From: Perkinsus chesapeaki ATCC PRA-425
Lineage: Eukaryota > Protista > Perkinsozoa
Reading direction: 5' to 3'
Length of the DNA: 64,000 nucleotides
Assembly (NCBI GenBank): GCA_013115145.1
Contig: JAAPAO010000111.1
Location: 1 to 64,000 of the forward strand
Shown here: piece after piece, positions 61,671 to 64,000 of the stretch
Layout: every line of letters starts with the position of its first letter
How positions within the stretch are numbered: position 1 is the first letter of the stretch
The notes under the pieces: model-generated
Seen by the model: the letters and a program-made list of their open reading frames with translations, nothing else
Database searches by the model: none
Told to the model about the DNA's origin: nothing
Program-made: the position numbers and the translations under genes

Positions 61671-64000
61671 CTACGATAGAGCATCATCAAACGCACTACC
61701 TGACAAAAACACTACACAGAAAAGGTTGAACCTTTTGGCAACAACTAGACTGTTACGTGTGCGCTCATACCCCCTTTGGCTTACATTCGCCAAAGCCGAG
61801 AGATACTCCGTCCCTCTCACAGCGACCTTTAATAGTAACCTTATCACCATCTTCGAGGAATACACCTGAATATACGACACTGCCCTTGCCAAAATGGTAG
61901 GAATACTATGGCTTACGTTCCCCACTTTTGCCAACTTTGATCTTCTTCTGGCCAGCCCAGGAGAGCTCAAGCATGGAGCCGAACGAATCGGGACTAGGGC
62001 CTAGAGACCGAACACTCGGCCGAGCTATAGCCAGGGATGTGAAATGCCCCGTCCAAAACAGAGAAAAAGTATAAGTTCGGGAGCCTGCTGCTGCCAGTGT
62101 TTTCGACACAACTTTCGAAGTGCATTTTCTTAGTTTCTATTACTGGAGCCCTTCATTAGCATAAAGGCCCCCTTGGCTTTCACCATTATACTACTATAGG
62201 TAGTCGCTAGTAGCGAGTCACTACTATAACAATTGTGTACATGAAGCTTTGGTAAATCACAGGTTGTGGTTCTTGAAAAAGTGGCCTGTTTTTACCGTTA
62301 TTAAGAAAGGAACCGAAGAGCGGCCATCTACTACGCAAGCGAAAGGGAGACCGGGAATGTAGCGATCTAATGCTCACCACTGATCGTGCCAGAGCCCATG
62401 AGATCTCCAGGTCTAACGTTGCAGCCATTAACAGTATGGTGGACTAGCTGCTGTTCCATCGACCAATACCTTATGGTACAAAGATCATTAAGTTTACAAA
62501 GGAACGGTATGGCTACATGTGCTTTAAATTTGACTTGCATATGCGCTCACCATTCAAATCCACAGTAAGATCAATATCGATCTGTGGCTTGGAATCTTCC
62601 GAGTGCGCAAGATACCTAATTACCATCTCATCACATAACACTAGCGTGTCTACGGTAATGGCTGAGGGACTTGTGCCTTCGTCAAAGGCACCCTAAAGGG
62701 CTCCAATGCCTCCCATGTTACAATCCATGGGCTTATAGTCGTACCTAAAAACATGCCCATGTGTATAGCACTAATAATATATAAAATATGTAGGTATCAA
62801 AGTAATTACGATATTAATGACTATATAGTAACCTTAGACATAACATTAGTTCAACGACTTGCCACGATTCCACTTCTGCATTCAATACCGCTCCATCTTC
62901 ACCCCATTCCCTTACATCATGCCTATTGTACTTTCATTTAGCTATCGTATTTTTCCTACCTATCAAGATTTTCTACATAATTTTTATTTCCTGCTTACGA
63001 AAGTTTATAGTTCATGTGAGAAGTCAAACACTCAATGTCGCCACCCACCATCACCTCACCAAAGTTCTTGCCGAGGAATGGCCCCAATGGAACGTACTCC
63101 CATTGTTGTATATCTCTCGATGACCAATCGTTCATCAGTACAACCCCGAATATATGCCTGACCACCAACGACCCTACACCGTGAGCAACCTAACCTCACG
63201 CTTCCTTACTCGCTGGCCTTGGACAAAGGAATAGACTCTCCCAGCTGAGTAGCTGAAAAAAGGCGCGCGATACCGGTCTCCTGGGGGTCCGAAAGCGAAT
63301 GACAGGAATAGCGCATGAAAGAGCCTTACGAAAGCTACACTATCCTATCATTTAATGATAAAAAAGTGACACAAAAGAAATTCCAAAAAAGGCTTTTTTG
63401 AAATTTCTAGGAAAAATTTTTCCTACAGGCAAAGAGAAGAAACATAACATAAATTCCCACAGGCAACTTCCAATATTCTTCTATGAGCTCCTGGCATGTA
63501 GGCTACATTCACTATCCGCCAGCTGGTGCCAGCAATGAGTTAATGTCTTCGAGAATTAGGCAATTACCCTTTCCTCCGACAAAAAAGGCCATCTCTAGTT
63601 CGATGTCCATTCGAGTACTTGGTCCGAAGGTAGGTGCTGGGTCATTAGGGCCCTTCCTTTGACCACACGGACGGGTTATAGGAGTACCTGAGAGCCAACT
63701 GCGGCAAGAGGGCCTTCTGGAAGACTCAGGATAAAACGTCCTCATGAAATAGCGCCGCGAACCGGATAACGAGTTAGTCTATATCAACTAACACCACTGG
63801 CTGGATGATATATTAACAACCAATACGCCCAGCAATGGTTATTATCCAACCTACTTAGTGATGCCCAAAGTATCTTACCACTAACAACAACACTGCTAGC
63901 TCTTCCATGATACCCAACAGGAAGATGCTTCCAGTTAGGCAGTAGAGGCTCCTGACTAGGTCGAAACATCTTACCAACATTAGTAGCATGCTCCTCTGAG
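61671..64000 (-). CDS. FAH: Fumarylacetoacetase, multi-exon, 5'-partial; last exon uncertain
   Basis: [116 protein letters not shown] and FLEDGDKV. Confidence 0.95.

Noticed and set aside
1-64000. Spliced-leader RNA gene or SL relics (CCGTAGCCATYTTGGCTCAAG-like)
   Set aside because: No convincing match seen by eye on either strand.

Overview
This is eukaryotic protist genomic DNA. The inferred source is a Perkinsus-like alveolate, judged from many short introns, an OST-HTH-associated/LOTUS protein and intronless lineage-type secreted protein families. From 1-10 kb there is an array of APC-family (plant PUT/RMV1 and trypanosomatid POT1-like) polyamine/amino-acid transporter paralogs, interrupted by a decayed BED-finger hAT-like transposase. 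Next come RPL15, an OHA+LOTUS protein and small secreted proteins. A decayed Ty3/Gypsy-like pol relic occupies about 19.8-24.9 kb. The rest holds intron-rich housekeeping genes: LITAF-domain, F-box-like, SRP receptor beta, PRP40-like, kanadaptin-like, a large helical-repeat protein, SSX2IP/ADIP-like, mitochondrial bL36 and FAH. There is also a 44-bp minisatellite spanning an assembly gap. The most striking unexplained structure is a recurring 22-nt motif of two overlapping odd-length palindromes with centres exactly 7 nt apart (a-X-h'-X'-a'-X-h, where X is 6 nt). It occurs perfectly at five unrelated sites. This geometry is what an 8-bp-TSD, hairpin-forming (hAT-type) transposon excision repaired through microhomology would leave. 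Exon boundaries were read by eye, so multi-exon gene coordinates are approximate.
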